This document shows, one piece after another, positions 30,403 through 40,108 of a DNA stretch of 63,486 nt. The notes below the pieces were generated by a model that ran no database searches, was not told the origin of the DNA, and worked only from the letters and a program-made list of their open reading frames with translations. Made by a program: the position numbers and the translations under genes. Origin of the DNA: an uncultured Staphylococcaceae bacterium (GTDB taxonomy: Bacteria > Bacillota_I > Bacilli_A > RFN20 > CAG-826); the NCBI GenBank assembly GCA_964608215.1, contig CAZSMV010000003.1, forward strand, positions 1-63,486. The letters are read 5' to 3'. The stretch's first letter is position 1. Each line of letters begins with the position of its first letter.

Positions 30403-30493
30403 TGGTTTTCTTAATTTAATAAGAAAACCACAAATGAATTTTCAGTGATTAATTCACAAAAAAATGACTATCCTTTAATTGGACAGTCATTTT
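30403..30493. terminator. Two hairpins between convergent genes
   Basis: TGGTTTTCTT..AAGAAAACCA at 30403-30430 and AAAATGACT..AGTCATTTT at 30461-30493. Confidence 0.65.
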
Positions 30494-30495
30494 TA

Positions 30496-32187
30496 CTACA
30501 TTTTAGAATCGTCGTAACTATTTAAAACTTTAATTTGAGGTTTAACAATCTTACGAATTGTTCCTGGAATAAATGGATTTTTAAGATGTGCTTTACTAAT
30601 TAATTCTAAGAATGGATATTTACCACCCATTTTTAATAATTTAACATATTTATTCCATGCTTTATCTTTATTCTTATCCATTTCATCCTTGAATTCTAAG
30701 GCTAAAACTTGGGCTAAAGTATAATCAATATAATAGAATGGAGTTTGATAAATGTGTGCTTGTCTCATCCAAAGATGGCCTTGAGCATATTCAAATCCTT
30801 TATAGTCATAATCTGGTCTATATTTTGCATCGATTTCTTTCCACTTTGCACAACGTTCTTCATGTGTCACATTTGGGTTTTCATAGACCCAATGTTGGAA
30901 TTCATCAACTTCACAACCATAAGGTAAGAAGGTAAATGCGCTAGCTAAATGAGCAAATCTATATTTATTTGCATCGTCTTTAAAGAACAATTCCATCCAT
31001 GGTTCGGCAAAGAATTCCATAGACATACTATCAATTTCGCAGGCTTCCAAGGTTGGCATTCTTTCACCTGGGACCTTAATCTTACTTCCAAGCCAACCTT
31101 GGAAGCTGTGTCCAAACTCATGGGTCAATGTATCAACATCATTTGAAGTGCCATTTGAATTTGAAAAAATAAATGGCATTTTAATTTTAGGAATATAGGT
31201 CATATAACCACCAGTCATTTTGCCTGGTTTTGCATCTAAATCAAGAAGGTGATCATCAACCATTTTATCAAAGAAATCACCTGTTAATGGAGACATTTCA
31301 TGATACATTTTTGATGCACATTTACATAAATATTTGCTATCTCCACATGGTTTTGCATTTCCTGATAAGAATTCAAGATTAAAATCAACAAATAATGGTT
31401 TTTTAATACCAATTCTCTTTGCCTGTCTCTTTCTTAATTTAACAGCAATTGGAACAACTTCCTCATAAATTTGTTCACGATATTCTTTAACCATCTTTTC
31501 ATCATAATCTAATCTACCTAATGAAAGATATTCATATTCAATAGCATTCTTAAATCCTAGAGTTTTAGCCATCTTGTCTCTAACTTTAACAAGCTCATCA
31601 TAAATTCTTCCAAGTTCAGCATCATTTTTTTCTAAGTAACCATAATAGGCTTTAGCTGCTTCAATTCTAGTATCTCTATCAGTATCACTCATGAACTTTC
31701 CAATACTAGAAAGATTGTAGGTTTCACCTCTAAATTCAATTTGAGCTCCAGCAATAACTTTTTGATATTCATTAACAAGCTGATTTTCTTTAATTTTATC
31801 TTGAATAATTTTTGGATCGAAAACTTTAAATTCATTTTCAATTTTCTTAAAGAATGTTTCACCAAATTTCTTAACTAAATCTTCTTTAAATTTTGATTCC
31901 ATAATTGCTCTATCAAAAGCAACCATGTATTCGCTTAATTTTGGGCCAACTTCATCACAAATATCACTTAATTTAGCAATCTTTTTATCATTCATATCAA
32001 TTGAATGACGAATAGATATAATTGTAAAATTACTTTCTAAATCATCACTTAATTTAAAAGATTTTTGAACTACTTTGATTGCTTCTGCAGCGTTTTTTGC
32101 ATTCTTTAACTCTTCTGTTAAAGTTTGCATTTTGCTAATGATTTTCTTTTCATTAGGTTTGACAGCTTTTAGTTCTTCAAATTTCAT
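30496..32187 (-). CDS. pepF: M3-family oligoendopeptidase (PepF-like)
   Basis: HEFGH zinc motif, EIDSMSME, KPGKMTGGY, and HIYQTPFYYIDY. Confidence 0.88.
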   Translation of the reverse strand: MKFEELKAVKPNEKKIISKMQTLTEELKNAKNAAEAIKVVQKSFKLSDDLESNFTIISIRHSIDMNDKKIAKLSDICDEVGPKLSEYMVAFDRAIMESKFKEDLVKKFGETFFKKIENEFKVFDPKIIQDKIKENQLVNEYQKVIAGAQIEFRGETYNLSSIGKFMSDTDRDTRIEAAKAYYGYLEKNDAELGRIYDELVKVRDKMAKTLGFKNAIEYEYLSLGRLDYDEKMVKEYREQIYEEVVPIAVKLRKRQAKRIGIKKPLFVDFNLEFLSGNAKPCGDSKYLCKCASKMYHEMSPLTGDFFDKMVDDHLLDLDAKPGKMTGGYMTYIPKIKMPFIFSNSNGTSNDVDTLTHEFGHSFQGWLGSKIKVPGERMPTLEACEIDSMSMEFFAEPWMELFFKDDANKYRFAHLASAFTFLPYGCEVDEFQHWVYENPNVTHEERCAKWKEIDAKYRPDYDYKGFEYAQGHLWMRQAHIYQTPFYYIDYTLAQVLALEFKDEMDKNKDKAWNKYVKLLKMGGKYPFLELISKAHLKNPFIPGTIRKIVKPQIKVLNSYDDSKM

Positions 32188-32203
32188 ATATACTCCAATC
32201 TAT

Positions 32204-32740
32204 TTATTTAATGGTATCGATTTCATCTTTTCTAAATAGTACTTTGACCCATTTAGTAAAAAATAAATTTCTCCAATAATTAAAACCAACAACGTATGTA
32301 TTATATAACTGAATTGTCTCGAAATATTTTTTATTTAATTCATCAATGGTTTTTAAAATATTAACCAATTCTCTTGTATCATCTGAATTTTTTAAGTTGA
32401 CACAAACACTCTTAATAATGCTATAAGTTTTTTCAGTATCGTTATAAACATTATCAAAATTTTTAGCTTCTATCTTTTTATATTTAATTGTTTTCTGATT
32501 TTTAATAAAATCTAATAACTTAGGATTGTCATACCCTAGTTTTAACAAAATATTGCTAATCTCATATAAATTTTGAAATTTTTGAAAAATCAAAACATTA
32601 ATTGTTTCAGAACTTGTATCAATCTTTCGCTTAAAATTTTTCATAAAATGAAACGAAACCATCACATAGACAATATATACACAAAGTAAGAATAAAAATA
32701 TAATACCAATGCAAACGCTTTGAACAATACTAATTTCCAT
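32204..32740 (-). CDS. LemA-like membrane-anchored helical protein
   Basis: N-terminal TM, helical body and a YN...FN...F..K C-terminus. Confidence 0.55.
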   Translation of the reverse strand: MEISIVQSVCIGIIFLFLLCVYIVYVMVSFHFMKNFKRKIDTSSETINVLIFQKFQNLYEISNILLKLGYDNPKLLDFIKNQKTIKYKKIEAKNFDNVYNDTEKTYSIIKSVCVNLKNSDDTRELVNILKTIDELNKKYFETIQLYNTYVVGFNYWRNLFFTKWVKVLFRKDEIDTIK

Positions 32741-32818
32741 ATGCAAAATTATAAACGATTTTTATAAAATATATAGTCTTTTGACTATATATACGCATTT
32801 TGCTATAATTTTTTTGTT

Positions 32819-33664
32819 ATGGAAAAGAAAATTATAGCGTTAATGTATGACTTTGATCGCACACTTGCAACTCAAGACATGCAAAATTTTAGTTTCATCC
32901 CAAGCCTAGGTTTAACTCCAAAAGAATTTTGGGAAAAAACAAATGAATATTGTGAAAAATATGATACAGATAGAATCTTAGGATATATGTATGTAATGAT
33001 TGAAGAATGTAAGAAAAAAGGCATTAAATTAACATACAATTATTTAAAATCTCTTGGAAAAGATGTTACTTTTTATAAAGGCGTTTTAACTTGGTTTGAT
33101 AGAATCAATGCTTACGCAAAAAGCAAAGGTTTCAAATGTGAACATTATTTAGTTTCAAGCGGGAATAGCGAAATTATTGAAGGCACTCAAATCGCAAAAG
33201 AATTCAAACATATTTTTGGTTGTGAATATTATTATGATAAAGAAACTAAAGAGGCTACATGGCCTAAATTTATGGTGAATTATACTCAAAAAACTCAATG
33301 TTTCTTTAAAATTAGCAAAGGCATAACTAAGAATTATGATGATGAAAAAGTAAATGAAAAAACTCACATAAGAAGAATACCATATAGAAACATGATTTAT
33401 TTTGGTGATGGATTAACAGATGTTCCAATTATGATTTTAACAAAAAATAATGGCGGAACTGCGATTGCTGTCTATAATAACCAAAAAGATAAAGAAAAAG
33501 TTGAAACTTTATATGATGATGATCGTGTTAACTTTTATTGCAAAGCCGATTATAGCGAAAATAAAGATTTAGAAAAATTTGTTAAATTAACAATAGATAG
33601 TATTGCTATTCAACATGAACTAAGTGATAAATACAATACAAACCAACAAAAAAAGAATGTATAA
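32819..33664 (+). CDS. HAD-superfamily hydrolase
   Basis: YDFDRTL, VSSG and YFGDGLTD motifs. Confidence 0.88.
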   Translation: MEKKIIALMYDFDRTLATQDMQNFSFIPSLGLTPKEFWEKTNEYCEKYDTDRILGYMYVMIEECKKKGIKLTYNYLKSLGKDVTFYKGVLTWFDRINAYAKSKGFKCEHYLVSSGNSEIIEGTQIAKEFKHIFGCEYYYDKETKEATWPKFMVNYTQKTQCFFKISKGITKNYDDEKVNEKTHIRRIPYRNMIYFGDGLTDVPIMILTKNNGGTAIAVYNNQKDKEKVETLYDDDRVNFYCKADYSENKDLEKFVKLTIDSIAIQHELSDKYNTNQQKKNV

Positions 33665-34364
33665 AAATATGAATTACGGGGTTATTTTATTAAGCGGCGA
33701 TAGTTTGAGAACATCTACTTCAGTACCAAAGCAATATTTCATTATTGCTGATAAAGAAGTATTTCTTTATCCATTTGAGATTTTCTTGAAAAACCCTAAT
33801 ATTCAAAAAATATTATTAGTAGCAAATGCAGATTATGTTGATTATGTAAAAAATAAATTAACCAAATACCAAACCAAAAAAGAAATTAATATCATCAAAG
33901 GTGGTTTTAATAGGCAGGAGTCATCATTTTTGGCTTTAGACTACATTAAAAAACATGAAGAAGATGTTTCGTATATAAATGTCATCATTCATGATGCAGC
34001 TAGACCACTACTAACAACTAAAACGTTAAATGATGTTATTAATGCATTAGAAACAAAGGAAGCTGTAACAACCTACTATCCAATTTATGATTCAATTTGT
34101 ACATCCGAAGATTTAAAAGTCATTGATGGATATCGTACAAGAACTAAAACGTTTTCTATACAAACACCCCAGGCTTTTAGATTTAATTTAATTTATAAGG
34201 CACACTTAACTGCAATAGATGAAAAATGGGCAAATATAAATGATGATAGCGTTTTAGTAAAGAAAAATGGTCATGATGTTAATTTAGTTTTAGGCGATGC
34301 ATTAAACTTTAAAATAACAACTATTGATGATTTATATATAGTAAAAAAGATAATAGAAGGTTAA
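33657..34364 (+). CDS. ispD: IspD/TarI-family cytidylyltransferase
   Basis: LLSGDSLRT..VPKQY, GGFNRQES, IHDAARP, QTPQAF, NFKITT. Confidence 0.8.
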   Translation: MYKNMNYGVILLSGDSLRTSTSVPKQYFIIADKEVFLYPFEIFLKNPNIQKILLVANADYVDYVKNKLTKYQTKKEINIIKGGFNRQESSFLALDYIKKHEEDVSYINVIIHDAARPLLTTKTLNDVINALETKEAVTTYYPIYDSICTSEDLKVIDGYRTRTKTFSIQTPQAFRFNLIYKAHLTAIDEKWANINDDSVLVKKNGHDVNLVLGDALNFKITTIDDLYIVKKIIEG

Positions 34365-34369
34365 TAATT

Positions 34370-34747
34370 ATGAATGAAATTAATATTGGAGATATTGTAG
34401 AAGGAATTGTTACATCAATCAAAAAATACGGGGTATTTCTTTCGTTTGAGAACGGATATGTTGGCCTTCTTCACATTAGTGAAATTTCTGGAAAATTCAT
34501 ATCAAATATATTTGACTACTTCGAAATAGGCGATAAAATAAAAGTCACGGTCGAAACTATTGATAGAAAAACAAAATACTTAACTGTTTCTACAATAGGC
34601 TTACCAAAAAATTTAAATAACTTTAGGTCTCATTATCGATCTGATAGTGTACATCAATCGATTAAAAATATAGATTTTTCAAAACTTGATAAAGCACTAC
34701 CACAAATGATTGAGGCTGAATTAGAAAAAGAAAGAGGGAAAAAATAA
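34370..34747 (+). CDS. S1-domain RNA-binding protein (YugI/CvfD-like)
   Basis: GDIVEGIVTSIKKYGVF and GLLHISEIS. Confidence 0.85.
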   Translation: MNEINIGDIVEGIVTSIKKYGVFLSFENGYVGLLHISEISGKFISNIFDYFEIGDKIKVTVETIDRKTKYLTVSTIGLPKNLNNFRSHYRSDSVHQSIKNIDFSKLDKALPQMIEAELEKERGKK

Positions 34748-34748
34748 C

Positions 34749-36035
34749 ATGATTAAGGTTGGATTTGATTATATTAAACCTAGTAAATTAGCCAATCTTC
34801 TTGATTATCAAGAAAGAGTTAGAACAATTCACGAAATGATTAGGGAAAAAACTGGTTTAGGTAATGATTTTCTAGGATGGGTCGACTATTCACAACATTA
34901 TGATCGTAATGAAGTTGAAAGAATCATCAAAAAAGCTGAAGATTTCCGTAAAAAGTATGAAACTTTAGTTGTTTGCGGAATTGGTGGCAGTTACTTAGGA
35001 GCTAGAGCAGCTATTGAATGCCTTAATGGTTTACATTCTTTAGACAAAATGGATATTGTATATTTAGGAAATACTTTAGGGCCTGAATATATTGCCCAAA
35101 CAATGAAATATCTCAAAACAAGAAACTATTGTGTTTGTGTTATATCAAAATCTGGCACAACTACCGAAACTTCAATTAGTTTTAGGCTAGTACGCGAAGA
35201 TTTAGAGAAGAGATTTGGAATTGAAAGTGCAAGAGATAGAATTGTTGCAGTTACCGATAAAGAAAAAGGCGCTTTAAAGACACTATGTAATAAAGAAGGT
35301 TATGAAACATATGTTCTTCCAGATGATATTGGTGGTAGATTTAGTGTAATTACCGCTGTTGGTTTATTCCCAATTGCTTGTGCAGGAATTGACGTTAAAG
35401 AATTCTTAGCAGGATTCTTTGATGGTGAAAAAGAATATGATAATCCTGATGTATTTACAAATGAAGCATATAAATATGCTTGCCAACGTAATCATTTATA
35501 TCAAATGGGTTATTCAACCGAAATGCTTGTAGCATATGAACAACAATATAAAATGCTAATTGAATGGTGGAAACAATTATTTGATGAATCAGAAGGTAAA
35601 ACAAGCAAAGCTTTGCTTGCTGCCAGTGCAATTTTCACAACTGATCTTCATTCAATGGGACAATTCATTCAAGATGGTAGTAAAGTCTTATTTGAGACTG
35701 TAATTTATATTGAAAATCCAAGTGATAATCTTGTTATTCCAGAAGATAAAGAAGATTTAGACGGATTAAATTATTTAGCAAATAGAGAATTAAGTTTTGT
35801 TAATCATAAAGCATATCAAGGAACTTTAAAAGCTCACTCAGAAGTTGGCGATGTTCCAAATATTACTTTAACTCTTGATAAGTTAGATGCTAGAAATTTA
35901 GGTCATTTCATGAGTTTCTTCATGAATGCTTGCGCTATGAGTGCTTATATGTTAGGTGTTAATCCATTTAATCAACCAGGAGTTGAAATTTATAAAAAGA
36001 ATATGTTCCATCTTCTTGGCAAAAAAGGTTATTAA
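34749..36035 (+). CDS. pgi: Glucose-6-phosphate isomerase
   Basis: GIGGSYLG, ISKSGTTTE, IGGRFSV, DLHSMGQ and PFNQPGVE. Confidence 0.97.
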   Translation: MIKVGFDYIKPSKLANLLDYQERVRTIHEMIREKTGLGNDFLGWVDYSQHYDRNEVERIIKKAEDFRKKYETLVVCGIGGSYLGARAAIECLNGLHSLDKMDIVYLGNTLGPEYIAQTMKYLKTRNYCVCVISKSGTTTETSISFRLVREDLEKRFGIESARDRIVAVTDKEKGALKTLCNKEGYETYVLPDDIGGRFSVITAVGLFPIACAGIDVKEFLAGFFDGEKEYDNPDVFTNEAYKYACQRNHLYQMGYSTEMLVAYEQQYKMLIEWWKQLFDESEGKTSKALLAASAIFTTDLHSMGQFIQDGSKVLFETVIYIENPSDNLVIPEDKEDLDGLNYLANRELSFVNHKAYQGTLKAHSEVGDVPNITLTLDKLDARNLGHFMSFFMNACAMSAYMLGVNPFNQPGVEIYKKNMFHLLGKKGY

Positions 36036-36057
36036 TACTTATTTATATTAAAAAAAT

Positions 36058-36089
36058 AAGCTTGTTTCGAAAATATTCGAAACAAGCTT
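36058..36089. terminator. Bidirectional terminator between pgi and the cupin gene
   Basis: AAGCTTGTTTCGAA-aata-TTCGAAACAAGCTT perfect hairpin. Confidence 0.8.
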
Positions 36090-36107
36090 TTATTATTAAA
36101 TGAATAC

Positions 36108-36761
36108 CTATTCTAAAGTTAAAAGTAAAGCCATTTTAAATTTTTTATTAGCTTTTACGCTATGAAGTCCACCTTTAGCAAAATGAAAGTTTTCTCCGGC
36201 TTTAATATTATAGTTTTTACCTTCATAACCTATAATTCCCTCACCTTCTAAAGCAAATATTATTGCTTCGCCAGGGGCCGCATGCTCAGAAAGCCCAGTT
36301 CCTTCGTCAAAAGCCATAATTACAAATTTCATTTTTTCATTATGAACCACATCCATATTAACAATTTTACCTTCTTGATATGGTACGAGCTCACTAAGTT
36401 TAAAAACTTCTCCTGCTTTAATTACACTATTCATAATATCTTCCTTTCTAATAGTTATTTCAGTATATATACAACCAGTTAGTGTTTTTATGCCAATAGG
36501 AGTTCCGATAATTGTAAAAATCGAATCATTCTTTTTCATAGATTTACTAAAACCACCTGCACCATAAACTTCTAAGGTTCCTTCTAAAACTATAATTAAT
36601 TTATAATAAGGATAAATTTCAGCACTAATATCTGTATCCTTTGCTAAAGAAAAATAGATAATATCATTTAAATCACTATAAATCGCTTTAGAAATTGTGC
36701 ATCCAGGAATGGCTTTGTTATCATCTACTATTGAAAATACTTCTCCTACTTTTTCTTTCAT
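36108..36761 (-). CDS. Double cupin-domain protein
   Basis: Two cupin repeats; AFDEGTGLSEHAAPG..LEGEG..HSVKA. Confidence 0.85.
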   Translation of the reverse strand: MKEKVGEVFSIVDDNKAIPGCTISKAIYSDLNDIIYFSLAKDTDISAEIYPYYKLIIVLEGTLEVYGAGGFSKSMKKNDSIFTIIGTPIGIKTLTGCIYTEITIRKEDIMNSVIKAGEVFKLSELVPYQEGKIVNMDVVHNEKMKFVIMAFDEGTGLSEHAAPGEAIIFALEGEGIIGYEGKNYNIKAGENFHFAKGGLHSVKANKKFKMALLLTLE

Positions 36762-36873
36762 AAAATCACCTACTTATTTTTACCATATTTTTAAAATTAT
36801 TGAAACATTAATGCTTAATAATGGATACTACAATTTATAGTTAAACGTTGGCATTTAAGTCTTATATTTTTAA

Positions 36874-36902
36874 TTGACTAATTGAAAATCATTTGATATA
36901 TT
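36874..36902 (+). promoter_or_regulatory. Sigma-70-type promoter of the tRNA operon
   Basis: TTGACT-N17-TATATT with TGn extension. Confidence 0.7.
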
Positions 36903-36930
36903 ATTTAAGCACGCGTATATCGTGTATTGT

Positions 36931-37006
36931 GGATGTTTAGCTCAGTTGGGAGAGCATCGCCTTTACACGGCGGAGGTCGTGGGTTCGAGCCCCTCAGCAT
37001 CCACCA
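36931..37006 (+). tRNA. tRNA-Val (anticodon TAC)
   Basis: Cloverleaf, GGTTCGAG T-loop, encoded CCA. Confidence 0.96.
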
Positions 37007-37035
37007 AAAAATGTACGATTGTGTCAAACCTTGCT

Positions 37036-37119
37036 GGAGAGGTAGCAAAGAGGCTAAATGCGGAAGACTGTAAATCTTTTCCTTCGGGTTCGGCGGTTCG
37101 AATCCGCCCCTCTCCACCA
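37036..37119 (+). tRNA. tRNA-Tyr (anticodon GTA)
   Basis: Cloverleaf with variable arm, encoded CCA. Confidence 0.96.
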
Positions 37120-37128
37120 TGAAGTTGT

Positions 37129-37203
37129 TGGGGTGTAGCCAAGTGGAAAGGCAACAGACTTTGACTCTGTCATACACTGGTTCGATCCCAGTCACCCCAG
37201 CCA
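37129..37203 (+). tRNA. tRNA-Gln (anticodon TTG)
   Basis: Cloverleaf, encoded CCA. Confidence 0.96.
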
Positions 37204-37214
37204 AATAATAACAT

Positions 37215-37290
37215 GATCCACTAGCTCAGTCGGTAGAGCACTTGACTTTTAATCAAGGGGTCTGGAGTTCGAGTCTCCAGTGGATCACCA
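37215..37290 (+). tRNA. tRNA-Lys (anticodon TTT)
   Basis: Cloverleaf, encoded CCA. Confidence 0.96.
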
Positions 37291-37303
37291 TTTAACTTAA
37301 GAT

Positions 37304-37391
37304 GCTCGAGTGGCGGAATAGGTAGACGCGCAGGACTTAAAATCCTGTGGCAGTTGATGCCATACCGGTTCGATTCCGGTCTCGAGCACCA
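37304..37391 (+). tRNA. tRNA-Leu (anticodon TAA)
   Basis: Cloverleaf with long variable arm, encoded CCA. Confidence 0.96.
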
Positions 37392-37405
37392 CAAAGTAAC
37401 TAACT

Positions 37406-37432
37406 AGAGCATCCTACCTGATGCTCTTTTAT
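37406..37432 (+). terminator. tRNA operon terminator
   Basis: AGAGCATC-ctacct-GATGCTCT followed by T-run. Confidence 0.8.
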
Positions 37433-37485
37433 TTTATATAAGCATTAAATTTGATTTATTAAGAAGGGTATATATAATAATTTTT

Positions 37486-37815
37486 ATGACAAATGAAGAA
37501 ACTATTAAAAAGATTAATGAGACTCTCGATAAAGTTAGACCTTTCATTCAAAGAGATGGAGGAGACGTTGAACTCGATTCATTTGAGGATGGGATTGTTT
37601 ATTTAAATTTCACAGGCGCTTGTCAGGGATGTTCCTTAATTGGAAATACATTAGAAAGCGGAGTTGAAGTAATTCTTATGGAAGAAGTTCCTGGTGTGAA
37701 TGCTGTAAGACTTGCTAGCGATAAAGAATATATTAAAGAAGCTATCAAAATTGCTGAAGAACAAAAAGCAAGAGAAGATGCTGAAAAATCAGCAAAAGAA
37801 AAGGACCAAAAATAA
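37486..37815 (+). CDS. NifU/NfuA C-terminal domain protein
   Basis: VRPFIQRDGGDVEL and GACQGC. Confidence 0.9.
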   Translation: MTNEETIKKINETLDKVRPFIQRDGGDVELDSFEDGIVYLNFTGACQGCSLIGNTLESGVEVILMEEVPGVNAVRLASDKEYIKEAIKIAEEQKAREDAEKSAKEKDQK

Positions 37816-37874
37816 CGATTTGGTCCTTTTTAATTCATATATGAATAATACAAGTTCATATATGAATTTTTTGA

Positions 37875-38654
37875 TTATAGTAAGAAATTTTCTTTATTAT
37901 TTATTACTAAGTAACCTTCGCGGTTGTAAACGTCTTCTCTATTATAAAGAATTCTTTCACCATTTGGTTTTAAAACAAAACCACCAGCTTCTTCAACAAT
38001 AATCTGGAATGCTGCAGTATCCCATTCTTTAGTTCCATCATTTAATCTATAAGTAATTTCAGCTTTTCCTTCCGCAATATAACAAGCTTTAATACTACTT
38101 CCACATTTTTCAATGTGTTTAATTTTATCGCCATGTTTAATAGTCATTTCTTTTTCTTTATCCGTAAAATGAAATACACTAGTTAAACAAGTCAAGTCTT
38201 CTGTTTTATTATTTACATGAATTTTGGTAGATACACCATCACGCATCACATATGCACCACTATCCTTGGTTGCGTAATAAATTATATTTTGAACAGGAAT
38301 AGCAACAACTCCAAGCACCACTTCGTGTTTATAAGCTAACGCAATGTTTACTGTGAATCCATCATCATGAGCAACAAAATCTTTTGTTCCATCAAGGGGG
38401 TCAATAATCCAAACAAAATCATTACTTAAGCGTCCTTTATCATCAGCGCCCTCTTCAGTTAAATAAGCATACTTAGAAAATTCTTTGCTTAACTCTTCTC
38501 TAATTAGTTTATCGCTAGCTTTGTCAGCACTTGTGACTGGAGAATTGTCTTCTTTTGTTTCAACATTAAAACCATTATGATAAAAATCAAGAATGATTTT
38601 TGAAGCATCCTGCGCTGCTTTTATTGCAGATTGTAGTTCTTTTTCGTAATCCAT
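37875..38654 (-). CDS. cysQ: 3'(2'),5'-bisphosphate nucleotidase (CysQ / inositol monophosphatase family)
   Basis: SPVTSAD, WIIDPLDGTKDF, EWDTAA. Confidence 0.88.
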   Translation of the reverse strand: MDYEKELQSAIKAAQDASKIILDFYHNGFNVETKEDNSPVTSADKASDKLIREELSKEFSKYAYLTEEGADDKGRLSNDFVWIIDPLDGTKDFVAHDDGFTVNIALAYKHEVVLGVVAIPVQNIIYYATKDSGAYVMRDGVSTKIHVNNKTEDLTCLTSVFHFTDKEKEMTIKHGDKIKHIEKCGSSIKACYIAEGKAEITYRLNDGTKEWDTAAFQIIVEEAGGFVLKPNGERILYNREDVYNREGYLVINNKENFLL

Positions 38655-38719
38655 AAAAATACCCTTTAGATAATAAAAGCTCACAATTATGTGAGCTTTT
38701 ATAATTTATAAAATTTAAA

Positions 38720-39592
38720 TTATTCAGCTTTACCAATACAACCAAAGACTTCGCAATGTGCTTTAACGACATCTTTAATTCCTTGCTTTGCTGGCCCAAG
38801 AATCTTACGTGGATCATAAACCTTAACTGGATCAGTTGTTGAACAAATTTCACGAACAATCTTAGCAAATGCTTGTTGACATTCTGTATTAACATTAATT
38901 TTGCAAGTTCCTCTATCGATTGCCATTCTTAGTTGGAAATCTGGAATTCCACTACCACCATGTAAAACAAGAGGAATACCAACTAACTCATTAATTTCTT
39001 GCATTTCTGGGAATCCAAGTTTTGGTTCTCCATGATATGGTCCATGAACTGAACCTAATGCAGGAGCTAAACAATCAATGTGTGTTGCATCAACAAGTTT
39101 TTTGCATTCATCTTTATCGGCGTATAAAACACCTTGTGAAACAACATTATCTTCTTGACCACCAACGTGACCAAGTTCAGCTTCAACTGAAACATATTCA
39201 CTTCTTGAGTGAGCATAATCTGTAACTTCTTTAACAATTTTAATATTTTCTTCTAATGGATGCTTACTTGCATCAATCATTACACTTGTAAAACCTGCAT
39301 CAATTGCTTTTTTACAGTTTTCAAATGATGAACCATGATCAACATGTAATGCTACTGGTACTGTAATATTATTGTCTTTGATATAACCCTTGACCATTCC
39401 AACAATGGTATCAAAGCCACCCATATACTTACATGCACCTTCAGAAACACCTAAAATAACTGGACATTTTAATTCTTGACATTCATCAAGAATTGCTGAA
39501 GTCCATTCAAGGTTGTTAATGTTAAATTGCCCAACAGCATAATGACCTTCATGAGCTTTTTTTAACATCTCACACATATTTACTAATGCCAT
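38720..39592 (-). CDS. fba: Class II fructose-1,6-bisphosphate aldolase
   Basis: [31 protein letters not shown] and KINVNT. Confidence 0.96.
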   Translation of the reverse strand: MALVNMCEMLKKAHEGHYAVGQFNINNLEWTSAILDECQELKCPVILGVSEGACKYMGGFDTIVGMVKGYIKDNNITVPVALHVDHGSSFENCKKAIDAGFTSVMIDASKHPLEENIKIVKEVTDYAHSRSEYVSVEAELGHVGGQEDNVVSQGVLYADKDECKKLVDATHIDCLAPALGSVHGPYHGEPKLGFPEMQEINELVGIPLVLHGGSGIPDFQLRMAIDRGTCKINVNTECQQAFAKIVREICSTTDPVKVYDPRKILGPAKQGIKDVVKAHCEVFGCIGKAE

Positions 39593-39625
39593 ATATATCT
39601 CTCCTTTATATTATTAGTAACAAAT

Positions 39626-40039
39626 CTATAAATCTTCTTTGCTAGATGATTCTTCATCTGTTTCGCCATCAGAATCTTCATCTTCGCCTTCTCTTTCTCC
39701 TAACATATCATCTTCATCTTCATCATGTTCATCAATATCGTAATTTGCTTTCGCCTCTTCATCAATATCGCTATAAACATCATTCATATCAATATGGACT
39801 TTGTCATATGTTTCTCTTTCTCTTAATCCCCATTCATTGTCTTTTAAATCAACGAATCTTCCATCAAGAGTAAGGTTTGTGTAGAATTGAGCAATTACCT
39901 TTTTGCCTTCTTCTTCACTCATTTGTTTAAGTTCCAAAACTTTAGTATATATATCTTTGAAATTCATAGATGCTGGAACTCCTTTTAAAACAGAATATGC
40001 AACATCTACCATCGATTCATTCTTATAATTTTCAGCCAT
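39626..40039 (-). CDS. rpoE: RNA polymerase delta subunit
   Basis: SMVDVAY, QFYTNLTLDGRF..WGLR and an acidic tail. Confidence 0.92.
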   Translation of the reverse strand: MAENYKNESMVDVAYSVLKGVPASMNFKDIYTKVLELKQMSEEEGKKVIAQFYTNLTLDGRFVDLKDNEWGLRERETYDKVHIDMNDVYSDIDEEAKANYDIDEHDEDEDDMLGEREGEDEDSDGETDEESSSKEDL

Positions 40040-40108
40040 AATGTCTCCTTTTTTCGTTAATAATTATACTTTAAGCATAACCAAAATACTATAAAATAAA
40101 ACTATATT

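Noticed and set aside
37007-37035. Degenerate tRNA in the Val-Tyr spacer
   Set aside because: It is only 29 nt, with no cloverleaf elements.
36905-37204. Short ORFs in the track overlapping 36.9-37.2 kb
   Set aside because: They are spurious translations of tRNA genes.
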